From a virus (lineage: Duplodnaviria; Caudoviricetes), in IMG/VR virus record IMGVR_UViG_3300014205_000183: 64,000 nucleotides of DNA, one strand, 5' to 3'. The position numbers were made by a program, and so were the translations under genes. Under the pieces are notes generated by a model. That model made no database searches. It was given only the letters and a program-made list of their open reading frames with translations, and was not told the DNA's origin. Numbering within the stretch: the first letter of the stretch is position 1; every line of letters starts with the position of its first letter. Shown one piece after another: positions 30,601 through 38,914 of this stretch.

Positions 30601-31348
30601 TGTAGCTCGGAATATCAGTTGGCTGGTAAAGTAGCTCGTCTGGTTCATGGAAGTCATCTTCAGTTGCTATGGATTCACGATCAATGGCAAATTGCATACG
30701 TTCAACATCATCTGATGAATATACTGTGCCATCTTTTGCTTTAAGTGTGCCGTTTGGGTAGGCTTCATCAACAATGATACTTACTACTTCATGCGAGAGC
30801 GGACAGATACCATGCAGAACTTGACCTTTAGCAAACTCCTGTGGCTCGTACATCTGCGGTTCAACGAAAGATGGACTGAGTTCCATAATCTCATTATTCA
30901 TGGGGATGAGCATCATGTAATCACCACCATACATATTCTGAGGCATAGCATATCGCACGCCTGCCGCCATTTTTTCAACATCCATAGAAGCCACACCTAC
31001 TAAACCAGCGGCAACCACATCCTTGGTTCCCGTAATAGTATGCACCACTTTATCCGTGTTATCCTTGGAAGCCCTTATTTCAAGTTTGAAATGCTGACCG
31101 AGTTTCTCATGGATAGCTGCTCGTACTTCTGCACCAGAGCTGGGGAATTGATGTAGATTAAGACCATCAACAGCTGCTTCAACTTCTTGGAGGTTGTGTG
31201 CTATCTTTCTGGTTGATCCACATTTGACTTCAAATTTACCAGATTTAACAGCCCACACCTGTAAACCATTATCGTTATAAAGTTCAGTGTATGCAGCGGA
31301 TGCCCGGCGAATATTTTCGGCCTGGACTTTAAGTACGGACTTTGCCAT
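24677..31348 (-). CDS. giant (~2220 aa) modular acidic putative internal head polyprotein
   Basis: More than 10 basic linkers (DKKTAS, ASKKTAA, KAVKAA, SSKKVKAD, KAVKTAA, SSKKTAG, ASKKTAAA, KKQAA) between acidic domains; AAGGAG before MAKSVLK. Confidence 0.75.
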   Translation of the reverse strand: MAKSVLKVQAENIRRASAAYTELYNDNGLQVWAVKSGKFEVKCGSTRKIAHNLQEVEAAVDGLNLHQFPSSGAEVRAAIHEKLGQHFKLEIRASKDNTDKVVHTITGTKDVVAAGLVGVASMDVEKMAAGVRYAMPQNMYGGDYMMLIPMNNEIMELSPSFVEPQMYEPQEFAKGQVLHGICPLSHEVVSIIVDEAYPNGTLKAKDGTVYSSDDVERMQFAIDRESIATEDDFHEPDELLYQPTDIPSYNPVGVVKDQAPVLGNLANYDSILNASAGVISDFMKTVKGAAYLDRSSLNKVTVSAIDGEGQATAGSVEWNCRVASPSYKRTSNITIPLTLVNGSIDIGKEFIISTGQKFPMSAEGLQAHLGSLAEDDMFRHKAAKQRVGSAVHADRDVNNLLRGVTASDMVKDADAEVDTDKKTASQLPVVDTIKTILNKDSYYKDQGTSGNIAAEIGYALEEWDGEQELTDLVGSLLQNADEATVNAVVEACDNNKTAAAKTAEILPLAGQTPIGADADQKNEVSASKKTAALSEEGTYASLTELPNGDLSIKVTDLGREELPAMLEKSKDENYIMPDLLEDIFANSSWGMVQPEDIGALTSAPIIGYDMLPDDEGNISSEGKVWWYPNYAVSNAMEELLEKGETIFTSGNDEVKTGSKAVKAADDSETADDTGDSDVSYDAIKDMLDEKLLDAFNTIADDYELTNAGEVETKEIEHASRDGFIPFTDGGVQVDGFTTVEYLTGSGTTVPNVEAQKDIDAAQESNYTYAKEEFIKKYPELVEKLGVENIYYNELYNAGYSSEAEELSEMERGDGEDTVMFIIKAQYYAPGNGHSDNPDTHSLYMRYAVNTDFGYHHESGENIIKEEEFAFNDMATLESKVDEFLANLDSKYVHSSKKVKADGEDLGTWAEHVESTSQIMTLSEAGITLDLDNWEEAKKEFENMIAQQADFKEGSAKAKKLNLVASNGWPEIRGKSENTYNWSYLGPTCQFGVCQGNDELWYGYALVHQGGDVRGNYGLTYFFNQDNNESEDAAFDRFGQSFMELISGSITFTVNFDDGSSFGFWAEQDSDIPYYSNEGRLNGTADSLAGIFSNLAFMVPQGLERDSFIEDVKSNDGAIGSPEDAGVDMHQVREDQGQLDMFHAPGERDPNKHGSKLRALKAKFDRRIIKAGKDVKATGEADQDYDIEMYDKVVEQLTDAGFTGATHKEFDKYQGVYLNVPGVDKFWIDEVFTSGTRTDKPETKKYRRVKLISPDGDTLSATPGDYFQLPADHVFEECTLVLTLADGSTEEIQNPKKSDLPKDEDVAPTTFIYEKGSETSHYILIGERNPELGGEITVKGEDVDASELINAISSAGFKPKGGQSKTRSSKAVKAAYDVDISKMYKPGLGEETLKQIKSYNLSDLEREPGRYEIIVDTISSGANGIYQPVQVAKFFGIFDELVAELKAAGSTAKSPSALGTEDEDLIIGDELSWDTIDSVANKLADQLNRSEKVAAPYDNGSFYFGHNENDGSYELFYGWDSDDSTEGDEPDFQTDAGLKTRKAVKTAAEGTSDLKSDLVAFINSCVEGYTGEWDTSSDAGRDGFLDMYTLLEGIEKFAETDETALSLINGLKNSCTEGMDGTWDTSTPEGREGFLAMRDDAMAVAQILDVDTAGVKVESSKKTAGILADIMGGQNKLPTTNGNKSIMGVSAIIHSDLPEEEKANILMNGKPRMNTLRGEKSIKGIVDMLKADRAANPDSYVPIVGVEASKKTAAAPYTLGIILLEASPDMTEDVAVKTFGKFGTVINFSNEEGLAEFGLQVDSREQALKAARAVDLAEGAIDAISQGNWGTFAENHGAPTNYNFVLEAFGEDTTNKEAAKTSRKQATRRSLRPTVARAGSANKRANSKDALYGRILNILMRDSRYGNDPTAADSAAGLLAMLAGDEGIEQDVYGTVEAELQGADAATIDSVAMILGTFAGAPSMVASKNGHRTAVSTKRPLKSKKKQAAEDQGQFLASYSDSDVYTSQVEFFQELIKEDPEQYDMEAGASDEDIEAKAKELAEDDIDAYQIALDDTKIDLDEAFSRLNEQFENEGLWEVEGRAMGWQQRSGDAVMKIEGSDDFFKMFPGTQDFSFDAREFPGGVIEVKISHHDAPMGEFRTLRPYKVLANGTKVKPNAQSDFGWGNQDIGKEGEISDHSYNGSELIYIITFKDEDGDERDEQYSPEFFDVVSGAAQASKKKGAR

Positions 31349-31382
31349 GTGAAACTCCTTATGGAATACGATCAAAATTAAA

Positions 31383-31850
31383 TTACAGAACTATGTATTC
31401 GTTGCCCCCAAGCAAGCTGTCAAACTCCAATGAGGACAGAGTCTCAATGACCTCTCCTTCGTCGGATGATAATTCAACCAACTTACCTGCATTTGTTCTA
31501 CGGAAATTGAGAGTATCGCCTGTTTCTCTTAACGCAATCTTGCCTGCACGTTTAACGCCGGCCTCGCGGACAGGATTGGTGAATTCAGCAGCACGGGAAA
31601 CATCGGAGGCATCAATGCCAAACATGGCCCGAACACCCTCAGACGCCAGGCGTGGATTCTCAGCCATAAGCCTGTCACTTCCTTCTTCAATTTCTTCAGA
31701 GTTTACACCATCGAGCAGGGTGTCGAGTGCCTCTTCTTCATCGAATGTGGGTACTTCGAGTTCTTCGATAATCACACGGCCACCAATTTTACGGGCCTGA
31801 GTGAGAGCTGGTTTCATAGTGAGAGATTTCTCAAAACTTGTATCTGACAT
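31383..31850 (-). CDS. acidic hypothetical protein
   Basis: AAGGAG before MSDTSFE. Confidence 0.6.
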   Translation of the reverse strand: MSDTSFEKSLTMKPALTQARKIGGRVIIEELEVPTFDEEEALDTLLDGVNSEEIEEGSDRLMAENPRLASEGVRAMFGIDASDVSRAAEFTNPVREAGVKRAGKIALRETGDTLNFRRTNAGKLVELSSDEGEVIETLSSLEFDSLLGGNEYIVL

Positions 31851-31863
31851 ATTGACTCCTTGG

Positions 31864-32454
31864 TTACAGTCCTGTACTACCGCCAACACGACAACGTCCA
31901 GTCTTGGCATTAATTACTAAGGTTAAACGACCTGCGTGATAATCTTCGATGGATTCTTTAGAAATGCAAAGCAATTCATAGACTGCTTCGTAGTCCTCGG
32001 TATCGAAAGTCTTACCCACTGCCGCTGAACCTGCATCTTGCTTAAAAGTGGGGTCATTAAACACACTCTTATCGATGGCCGCCATGCGGGTGGTGCCCAC
32101 AGCTTTTGCAAACTTGGCTGCTTCGATTTTCTTGTTAATTATTTTCAAAGAATCTCCGGTGAAATCTTCGAAAGTGGTGCGTTCATCCCAGTGTGTGATA
32201 ATCCGACTATCTGGGTGTTGGCGAGGCTCGTGTCGTAAAACAGACACTAAATAATTCTCATACAAATCCTGAAAAAACTCGTCCACATCAAACATTGCCC
32301 GAACTCGATTCATCTTGGCGACCACTGACTCACCCATATCATAAACCGATTTACCCGACCTCTGCATTTGAAACTCAGCATCCGGTGCGGACTGGACAAT
32401 AGGTGTCCCCGTACCTTTAGCTGCAAACAGCTCATCCTTTTGTTTTTCGCTCAC
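31864..32454 (-). CDS. hypothetical protein, first gene of the internal-protein/portal operon
   Basis: GGAGG before GTG; downstream of the 43-bp repeat. Confidence 0.65.
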   Translation of the reverse strand: MSEKQKDELFAAKGTGTPIVQSAPDAEFQMQRSGKSVYDMGESVVAKMNRVRAMFDVDEFFQDLYENYLVSVLRHEPRQHPDSRIITHWDERTTFEDFTGDSLKIINKKIEAAKFAKAVGTTRMAAIDKSVFNDPTFKQDAGSAAVGKTFDTEDYEAVYELLCISKESIEDYHAGRLTLVINAKTGRCRVGGSTGL

Positions 32455-32484
32455 AGGACCTCCAATTAAATATAATTATACCTG

Positions 32485-32527
32485 TATTCATTAAATGCAT
32501 TAGATGTTGAACTGGGTTATGGAGTTT
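32485..32527 (-). promoter_or_regulatory. 43-bp exact repeat, copy 2 (candidate late promoter/operator)
   Basis: Identical to 6218-6260. Confidence 0.65.
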
Positions 32528-32568
32528 CCAACTAATGAGATGCAGCTTTCGCGGGCTTTAGAAAACTT

Positions 32569-32823
32569 TTAGTGTTTGCGTTTGCTATTTTTTATAAATT
32601 TTTCATTTTGCTTGCGTGCCTGCCGTCGCTGTTCATGGTTCATGAATGGGTGCAATTCAGGAGTAACCTCAAATTGTGGAATCTCCGGTAAGGAAATTCC
32701 GTAATCTTTTAACTGATCAGCAGTCAGTAGGATAGCTGAGTCACCGCGTAGTCGATTCAAAATTAATTCAGTCTGAAGGTCAAAAGTATCATCACCAATG
32801 ATAGCTATCTTAGCTCGCGTCAT
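32569..32823 (-). CDS. hypothetical protein
   Basis: 84 aa; ATGA overlap with the terminase stop. Confidence 0.55.
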   Translation of the reverse strand: MTRAKIAIIGDDTFDLQTELILNRLRGDSAILLTADQLKDYGISLPEIPQFEVTPELHPFMNHEQRRQARKQNEKFIKNSKRKH

Positions 32824-34937
32824 AAGCGCACTCCACGAGGAAATTTAGAACCACCACCGTTTTGTGGTTGCCGTTGCACCTGAGTTGTCCGGGGTCGAAC
32901 CATATTAGACTGCCCACCACCCCTGGACATAGGTGATAACGCTCGGAACATGTCTGAATGGTCTCTTATGGCGGCTTTCTGCCCCTGCATACCGGGCTGT
33001 GACCATGGGTTAGTACCTGCTGAGTGTGCGGCCGACCCTGCGTTTAAACCACCTCCGACACCCAATCCGCCTATAGATATGCTTGAAGGTGCCCTGCCCG
33101 CTCTTAAAAACGTGTTAGGGGCTAGATTGCCCAACAACAAGGCGGTAACACCACACCAGGTATCTGCAATATCCTTCTTATGTTTGGTGGAACCGGTTGT
33201 AGCGTTTCCTGTCCTAGTGCGGCTTAAGTGTTTTACTTGTTCCACACCTTTAACAACTTGCGGACACCATGGGGCAATAAATCTGTTAGAATAGATAATC
33301 CCCTTAAAAAACTCATAATCTCCGCCGGATAAGTTATGCTTATCGCATACAATACCTGCGGTACGCAGGTCAAACAAGCCTGTACCACTGTTCCATTGAT
33401 CCCAGAATGCAACCTTTAACGTAATATATCGACGCATATCCGTACAACAGGTGGTCATACTTCCAATATCCACGATACGACGCATAGTCGGGTCTGGTTC
33501 CCATACGATGGTGTCATCTATGACAACTGCTGCCACTTCTCGCTTCTCCGCACCTTCAATAAGTGTGACAGACTCCAGATGCCCAATAGTTAATGCAGCA
33601 TCACACATGGTATCTGCGGCATCCATCCAGGCTACATAATCTACATTGGCACTAGGCGGTCTATTTATACCCACAATCTTCTTGCGGACATAGGTGACCT
33701 TATTACCTTTGCCATCCAGCGAATCAATGTAGCTTGTCTCAACCTTGAATAGTGGCTGACGGTCTTTAAACGCCACAGCATCGATCTTGTCAGTGTACTC
33801 GAAGAACGGTCCGCCTACTGCTGGTGGTCGTAACAAGTAGAAGCATTTAGCCTTTTCCGGGTGCTGATTAAAAAAGTCTTCGTCTAGCTCTGCGGGTACA
33901 TCAAACCACTCTGGAAGCTCGACGGTACCTGCATTAAACCTAAATGTTTTACCACTATAAAAACGTTTCGGTTTAACATCCCACTGGAAACCACGAGAGA
34001 AAAATATTTTGCTATTTGGTTTCTGAGACTCTTTTTCCAGGTCGAACATAATATCATCGTCTTGTCGAGGAAAGCTGATAGCCAGCCCGAGGCCAGCCAA
34101 CTTCTTAGTATTACGAGACGACTGAGATGTTCTAAGTGTACTTAAAATAGTCTCTGCTAAACGACGTTCGCTTTCCGACACCCAGGCGGATATTTCATCA
34201 CAAATAAAGAACACAATGTTATATCCTTCAAAGGAGCCAGGATCTCCAGAGTTTTCAGCAAATGCACGAATATTTTTATAAGGCCATTCCGCCGCACGGG
34301 TACCAATTTTACAGGCAGGAAAAGTGCGGCCATTATAACGGTAGCGGCGACCCTCGTCTGTAACATTGAACTTTGTGAGCATCCATTCCCACTTAAGGAG
34401 ACGAGCGCGAAACTTGGTAAAGTATACACGTTCAGCCTGCATACCTTTCTTACCCACATTCAAAATATCGCAAGGCTCACCAGGAGCAAAACCAAAGAAA
34501 TCTTGAGGGTCTTTGAGGCAGAGAAGAATATGAACAATGTAAGCCTGTAATAAAGAACAGACGAGATCTTTCCCAGAGCCTTTAGCCCAAAGTAAACCGC
34601 CAAATGTAAACTTACGAACTTCAGGGTCAAACATCTTAAGAGGGTCATCTCCCAGAATAGCAAGACAGTCATGGTATTGCTTTTTAGATAGAGCACCATC
34701 AACGTCAGATGCTTTCCAATCACTCGGTAGCATCTTCATATGATCATTAGATTCGCAGAAGACTTTAAAATTTACAGGGTCATAATCCCAGTCCGGGTGT
34801 ACAGACTTACCGGAAACTACATTAGTGCTATCTAAAGGTTGAGCACCTACAGCCTTAGCCACATCTGCCGGCAAATATATGCCATGCACCTTTTCAAACG
34901 CCGCAGATAAATCAGCTAACCCTCTGTTGTAAACCAC
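32820..34937 (-). CDS. terL: terminase large subunit
   Basis: Walker A-like WAKGSGKD, Walker B FFICDE, motif III ISFP, nuclease acidic residues WMDAA / DQWNS / KDIAD. Confidence 0.85.
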   Translation of the reverse strand: MVYNRGLADLSAAFEKVHGIYLPADVAKAVGAQPLDSTNVVSGKSVHPDWDYDPVNFKVFCESNDHMKMLPSDWKASDVDGALSKKQYHDCLAILGDDPLKMFDPEVRKFTFGGLLWAKGSGKDLVCSLLQAYIVHILLCLKDPQDFFGFAPGEPCDILNVGKKGMQAERVYFTKFRARLLKWEWMLTKFNVTDEGRRYRYNGRTFPACKIGTRAAEWPYKNIRAFAENSGDPGSFEGYNIVFFICDEISAWVSESERRLAETILSTLRTSQSSRNTKKLAGLGLAISFPRQDDDIMFDLEKESQKPNSKIFFSRGFQWDVKPKRFYSGKTFRFNAGTVELPEWFDVPAELDEDFFNQHPEKAKCFYLLRPPAVGGPFFEYTDKIDAVAFKDRQPLFKVETSYIDSLDGKGNKVTYVRKKIVGINRPPSANVDYVAWMDAADTMCDAALTIGHLESVTLIEGAEKREVAAVVIDDTIVWEPDPTMRRIVDIGSMTTCCTDMRRYITLKVAFWDQWNSGTGLFDLRTAGIVCDKHNLSGGDYEFFKGIIYSNRFIAPWCPQVVKGVEQVKHLSRTRTGNATTGSTKHKKDIADTWCGVTALLLGNLAPNTFLRAGRAPSSISIGGLGVGGGLNAGSAAHSAGTNPWSQPGMQGQKAAIRDHSDMFRALSPMSRGGGQSNMVRPRTTQVQRQPQNGGGSKFPRGVRL

Positions 34938-34954
34938 CCATCCCCCAGTATATA

Positions 34955-35545
34955 TTACAGTAAAATACTCTCAATATAAGTTGCAGCATCCACGATCGAA
35001 GGAACTATGGCATCAACCCGATTCTGATGTTCTATCGCACTCTCGGCCACACTCACCATAATGGTATGATGGTCATGCATATCATTCGAGGATTGAAAAG
35101 CCGACCACTGCTTAAGATTGTCAATGCAGTCATCAATAAGCACGTGACCTACAACCAAATGCTTAGGCTTACATAATATGATCCTATCAGGTTCTAGGAA
35201 TGGAAAATGCTCTGCAAAATAAAGTAGCTTACCATGAGCAATTTCATGGTGTCCACTATAGCTGGTTAAAATATAACAATCCAATTTAGGATTCTGTACC
35301 ATCTGCTCCAGAGTCTCTACCGCTCCTGGCAGGGGCTTTAAGCTGGCAAACATACCAGGCTCTTTCATAAGCTCAAAAACCTTAGCACCACATTCCGGCT
35401 TAACATACTTCTCAATCTCTAGCCAATCCCGAAAGATAGCAACCTCCAGATTATCATCGTATCTTTCATTGTAAACTTCACACCAACGACTGGCCAGGTC
35501 TGTAAGAACAGAGTCAGAATCGATTAGTACAATCAGCTTCTCCAT
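34955..35545 (-). CDS. 5'(3')-deoxyribonucleotidase (HAD, NT5C family)
   Basis: LIDSDSVL motif I, P.PGA.E, ILTS, K....LIDD. Confidence 0.85.
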   Translation of the reverse strand: MEKLIVLIDSDSVLTDLASRWCEVYNERYDDNLEVAIFRDWLEIEKYVKPECGAKVFELMKEPGMFASLKPLPGAVETLEQMVQNPKLDCYILTSYSGHHEIAHGKLLYFAEHFPFLEPDRIILCKPKHLVVGHVLIDDCIDNLKQWSAFQSSNDMHDHHTIMVSVAESAIEHQNRVDAIVPSIVDAATYIESILL

Positions 35546-35718
35546 TTATTTTTCCTCTGTGTTTTTAAATTCACATGGGCCTGTTTTCACACATTCCTGA
35601 GCATCCCGACTGTAATTACGTCGCTTACTTTCACAAGCCCCTGTATGATCACATATTGGTGGTTTACCAAATATAGCGTCATAATTTTCAATTGAACGAT
35701 TACTACTAAATATAGACA

Positions 35719-36543
35719 TTACACATCCTTTGATTGAGATAACCACGACTCCAGATTGTCAGTATATTTACGACTATCACAGCGCCGCACGTACTTCACA
35801 ACCAAATCTATAGCAGTATCACGGCCAACTACGGCAGTCAACTGCTTTACTAAATGAAAAATATACTCTTTGGCACGCTCTACTATCATATTTTTAATCG
35901 CGTACCCACCAACAACACTACCACTTATGAGTTGTGCAGGCTGTACTTCCATTCGCACTTTTAAATGCTCTCCTTCAGCAGAGTATGGGACAAGTGTTAC
36001 ATGCTTATCTACAAACTGCGTATCATCATAATAGCATACATGATTCATAGCATCCAACACAATCTTCATTACATTATCCAAGTCCATGTGCCGCTCATCT
36101 TTTAAATGCACCTCTAAGGTTAAAGATAGGTTCTTTCGACGCATAGTGCATGCCTGACAATCTAGGAAGTTTTTACTATTAAAATATCTTTGGCAAGGCC
36201 GTTCTTCACCCCACCATCGACAGCCTAAAAAATTATCCGCCACTGGCCAGCCTTTATCCTGCCAGTACACACCACCACAACTGGGATATGCTAAAAAGAA
36301 ATGTCGTCGAATCCAGGCTTCAAAATCATGTGTACCTTTGGGTGTAAAAACTCTACTATTTCCTTTGTTATCTCGACCAAAGCGCGGACGTTCTTTAGGT
36401 ACTATTTTGCTGACTGACATGAGCTGCATATCTTTATCTCGTTTAACAACTTGCTTACCAAAAACATTCTTAGTCTTCACAGCGAAAGACATGGCAGGTA
36501 CTTCAAATGAAACGCTCGTCAAGCCATTTATAAGGTCAGACAT
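35719..36543 (-). CDS. rusA: RusA-like Holliday junction resolvase with Cys-rich insertion
   Basis: DLDNVMKIVLDAMN..YYDDTQF signature; start probably MSDLING. Confidence 0.75.
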   Translation of the reverse strand: MSDLINGLTSVSFEVPAMSFAVKTKNVFGKQVVKRDKDMQLMSVSKIVPKERPRFGRDNKGNSRVFTPKGTHDFEAWIRRHFFLAYPSCGGVYWQDKGWPVADNFLGCRWWGEERPCQRYFNSKNFLDCQACTMRRKNLSLTLEVHLKDERHMDLDNVMKIVLDAMNHVCYYDDTQFVDKHVTLVPYSAEGEHLKVRMEVQPAQLISGSVVGGYAIKNMIVERAKEYIFHLVKQLTAVVGRDTAIDLVVKYVRRCDSRKYTDNLESWLSQSKDV

Positions 36544-37417
36544 GTGCGGCATCCTTCTTGTGTAAGACCTGGCAGGTGGGACACACATAAGTGTTTCTGC
36601 CCTCGATAAGTATTTTTTGAATTGTATTGCCACACATAACACATTCGGAACCGTCTCGTCCAAAGATGGAATACAAAGCCTCTATAGGCATAGGAGATGT
36701 TAGACAGTAATCATTACGAACACACTCCAAAATACGAGTGTACAAGATTTTAAAAGATTTTATTAATGTAACTGCGCTATGGAATGATAAACTAGTCTCT
36801 ACGCTCAACATTGGATGGATGCCAGATAAAAATAACACTTCAGAAGCAATTTCATTATCAAGCCAGGCTATAACATTGGGGGACATGAGGAATGACTTAA
36901 TACACTTGGAGTCTTTTAAATGACTCAGTTTTGTAGCCTCGGCTATGAGGTACTGTGGGGTAAATCCCACATCCAAAATATCCATTCCCAAATAAGCAAA
37001 CTCCGCAGGCACCTCACCCACTGGGTACACAGTAAACTGCCCACATTCAGCAAAGTCTGCATATATGAAAAACAATGTCTGACTGTCCTGATTTGTAAAA
37101 GTTAGCATACAGCCTATATCAGTATGCCGTAGATCGGAAGGGTACTGGTTATTTGTTACCATGATAGAGGTACGATGGCCCATCTTGAACACCATAGTAC
37201 AAGTTGAAAACGTCAAAACAATGTGCCGCCCCCACCTCCCAATACCCTCTAAGCGCGGAGACATACTTATGCCGCCGATATCAATGACAGGGAAAATGGA
37301 TGCTAAAGTGAATTCATTGTGGTGAGTATATGCATCCGCAGAGTAGAACTCATCAAGAGTCCAGTCTTTTAAAACTAGCAAATCATTCGCTAAAAGGTAT
37401 GCGTTAGCCAGGGTCAT
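36536..37417 (-). CDS. Fpg/Nei-like protein lacking the N-terminal catalytic Pro-Glu
   Basis: R.GR.I, H2TH IKSFLM...SEVLFLSGIHP, Zn finger CVMCG...GRNTYVCPTCQ; N-terminus MTLANA. Confidence 0.75.
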   Translation of the reverse strand: MTLANAYLLANDLLVLKDWTLDEFYSADAYTHHNEFTLASIFPVIDIGGISMSPRLEGIGRWGRHIVLTFSTCTMVFKMGHRTSIMVTNNQYPSDLRHTDIGCMLTFTNQDSQTLFFIYADFAECGQFTVYPVGEVPAEFAYLGMDILDVGFTPQYLIAEATKLSHLKDSKCIKSFLMSPNVIAWLDNEIASEVLFLSGIHPMLSVETSLSFHSAVTLIKSFKILYTRILECVRNDYCLTSPMPIEALYSIFGRDGSECVMCGNTIQKILIEGRNTYVCPTCQVLHKKDAAHV

Positions 37418-37427
37418 TATTATGTAC

Positions 37428-38186
37428 CTACTTCGTTAGTATACCCTTATAAATGTAAGTTAATTTTTTATATTCTCGCAAGACATCGGAAGCATAATCC
37501 TTAACTTGCTTACCTTCATGATATTTAGCTCCACCAATATATCTCTTAAACGCCTCTATAAGTCTTTCCGTTATATCATCCCGACCATTAGTGTAGCATT
37601 CATTAAAATAAGAAGACCCAATATATACATTCAGTGTTGGCTGCCATAAAGTATGATTAGGCGTGTATGGAATCCCCAGCATACGGCAATGTACAATTGC
37701 AGTGCCCGGCATTAATTGCATCAATCCACAAGCACCCACATGTGACTTAGCATCTATCCTAAATCGCGATTCGATATACATGGTGGCAGCTAAAGCCTCC
37801 CAAGGGTAACCAAATTGTTTAGCGTGCTTACGAAACAAATACACATAGTAATCCGCCATAGGCTCTGATAGTCGATATGCCATACACAGTGTTTGAACCG
37901 CGGCATCATGTTCTTGCCCATTTCTCTGCATGGTCTCTATCCTAATGTTAGCTAAAGTCAGATCTTCTCTCGTCTGATATAAATGCCAAGATAACAACCC
38001 TGCGCACCCAATAGAACCATAAAACAATAAAGCAGCCATCCACCAGGAGTAATTGCGGATATCTAATAGCTTAAAAACAGTTAGCAAAAACCATGCAATA
38101 GACAAAATAATAACAGTTATTATCATTATAAAAATTGATAATATGCCATAAACAAAGTCTTTAACTGTGGTTAGTGCCCTTAACAT
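37428..38186 (-). CDS. membrane-anchored lytic transglycosylase (SLT domain)
   Basis: IESRF...GACGLMQLMP..A; N-terminal hydrophobic helices. Confidence 0.85.
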   Translation of the reverse strand: MLRALTTVKDFVYGILSIFIMIITVIILSIAWFLLTVFKLLDIRNYSWWMAALLFYGSIGCAGLLSWHLYQTREDLTLANIRIETMQRNGQEHDAAVQTLCMAYRLSEPMADYYVYLFRKHAKQFGYPWEALAATMYIESRFRIDAKSHVGACGLMQLMPGTAIVHCRMLGIPYTPNHTLWQPTLNVYIGSSYFNECYTNGRDDITERLIEAFKRYIGGAKYHEGKQVKDYASDVLREYKKLTYIYKGILTK

Positions 38187-38914
38187 TTTTCGAGTATGAT
38201 GACGTTGAACCAGTTAGCCAACACTTCCCTAGGAGTATTGGTACGAAAATCTATTACCAAGTCATCTCTGAGTTTAAAACCCGCACCAATAAAAAGCTGA
38301 TCCCACCAAGAACGCTGCTCCATATTGAGGTGGCCAGCCAGCATGAAATGTTCGTATAATCGATGGACATCATTTATTGGCTTAGCTTCTTCTTTTTCAA
38401 AATCAAACACATCCTCTGGAACGTCTACGATAGGGAATTGTAAAAATACCCACTTGCGACTGATCCTCATAAACTCATTGGCTACAATATGAATTTTGGA
38501 CTTACGAATATGTTCAACCATATCACTACAGAAGATCATGTCGTAAGACTCATCAGGTTCGGGAATTCCGGCAGTAACATCTGCCTGGAAAACATGACCC
38601 TTAGCAAAGTTGTGCACAGTATCAACCGCGTATGCTGAGAAATCATAACCCTTAGCCCGGAGGCCAGCACGAAGAGCATAATCAGTGAAACTACCTTGGC
38701 CACAGCCTACATCCAAAACCGAACCCAGTTCACCTTTAAAAGTCTTTAGTAAACCCGTGACTACAGCAAGATTTCCATACCAGTCGGTACCCTTGTAACC
38801 CCAAACTTTCTCTTTACCTGTGCAGCGGTCAACAATACGTTTAGAACCGGTATCAAAGTAATCTCGGTCATAATATTTCTGATCGGTAGGTAACGATCCT
38901 GGTTGTTGTTCCAT
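38180..38914 (-). CDS. class I SAM-dependent methyltransferase
   Basis: VLDVGCGQG motif; YD...CSDMVEHI. Confidence 0.85.
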   Translation of the reverse strand: MEQQPGSLPTDQKYYDRDYFDTGSKRIVDRCTGKEKVWGYKGTDWYGNLAVVTGLLKTFKGELGSVLDVGCGQGSFTDYALRAGLRAKGYDFSAYAVDTVHNFAKGHVFQADVTAGIPEPDESYDMIFCSDMVEHIRKSKIHIVANEFMRISRKWVFLQFPIVDVPEDVFDFEKEEAKPINDVHRLYEHFMLAGHLNMEQRSWWDQLFIGAGFKLRDDLVIDFRTNTPREVLANWFNVIILEKC

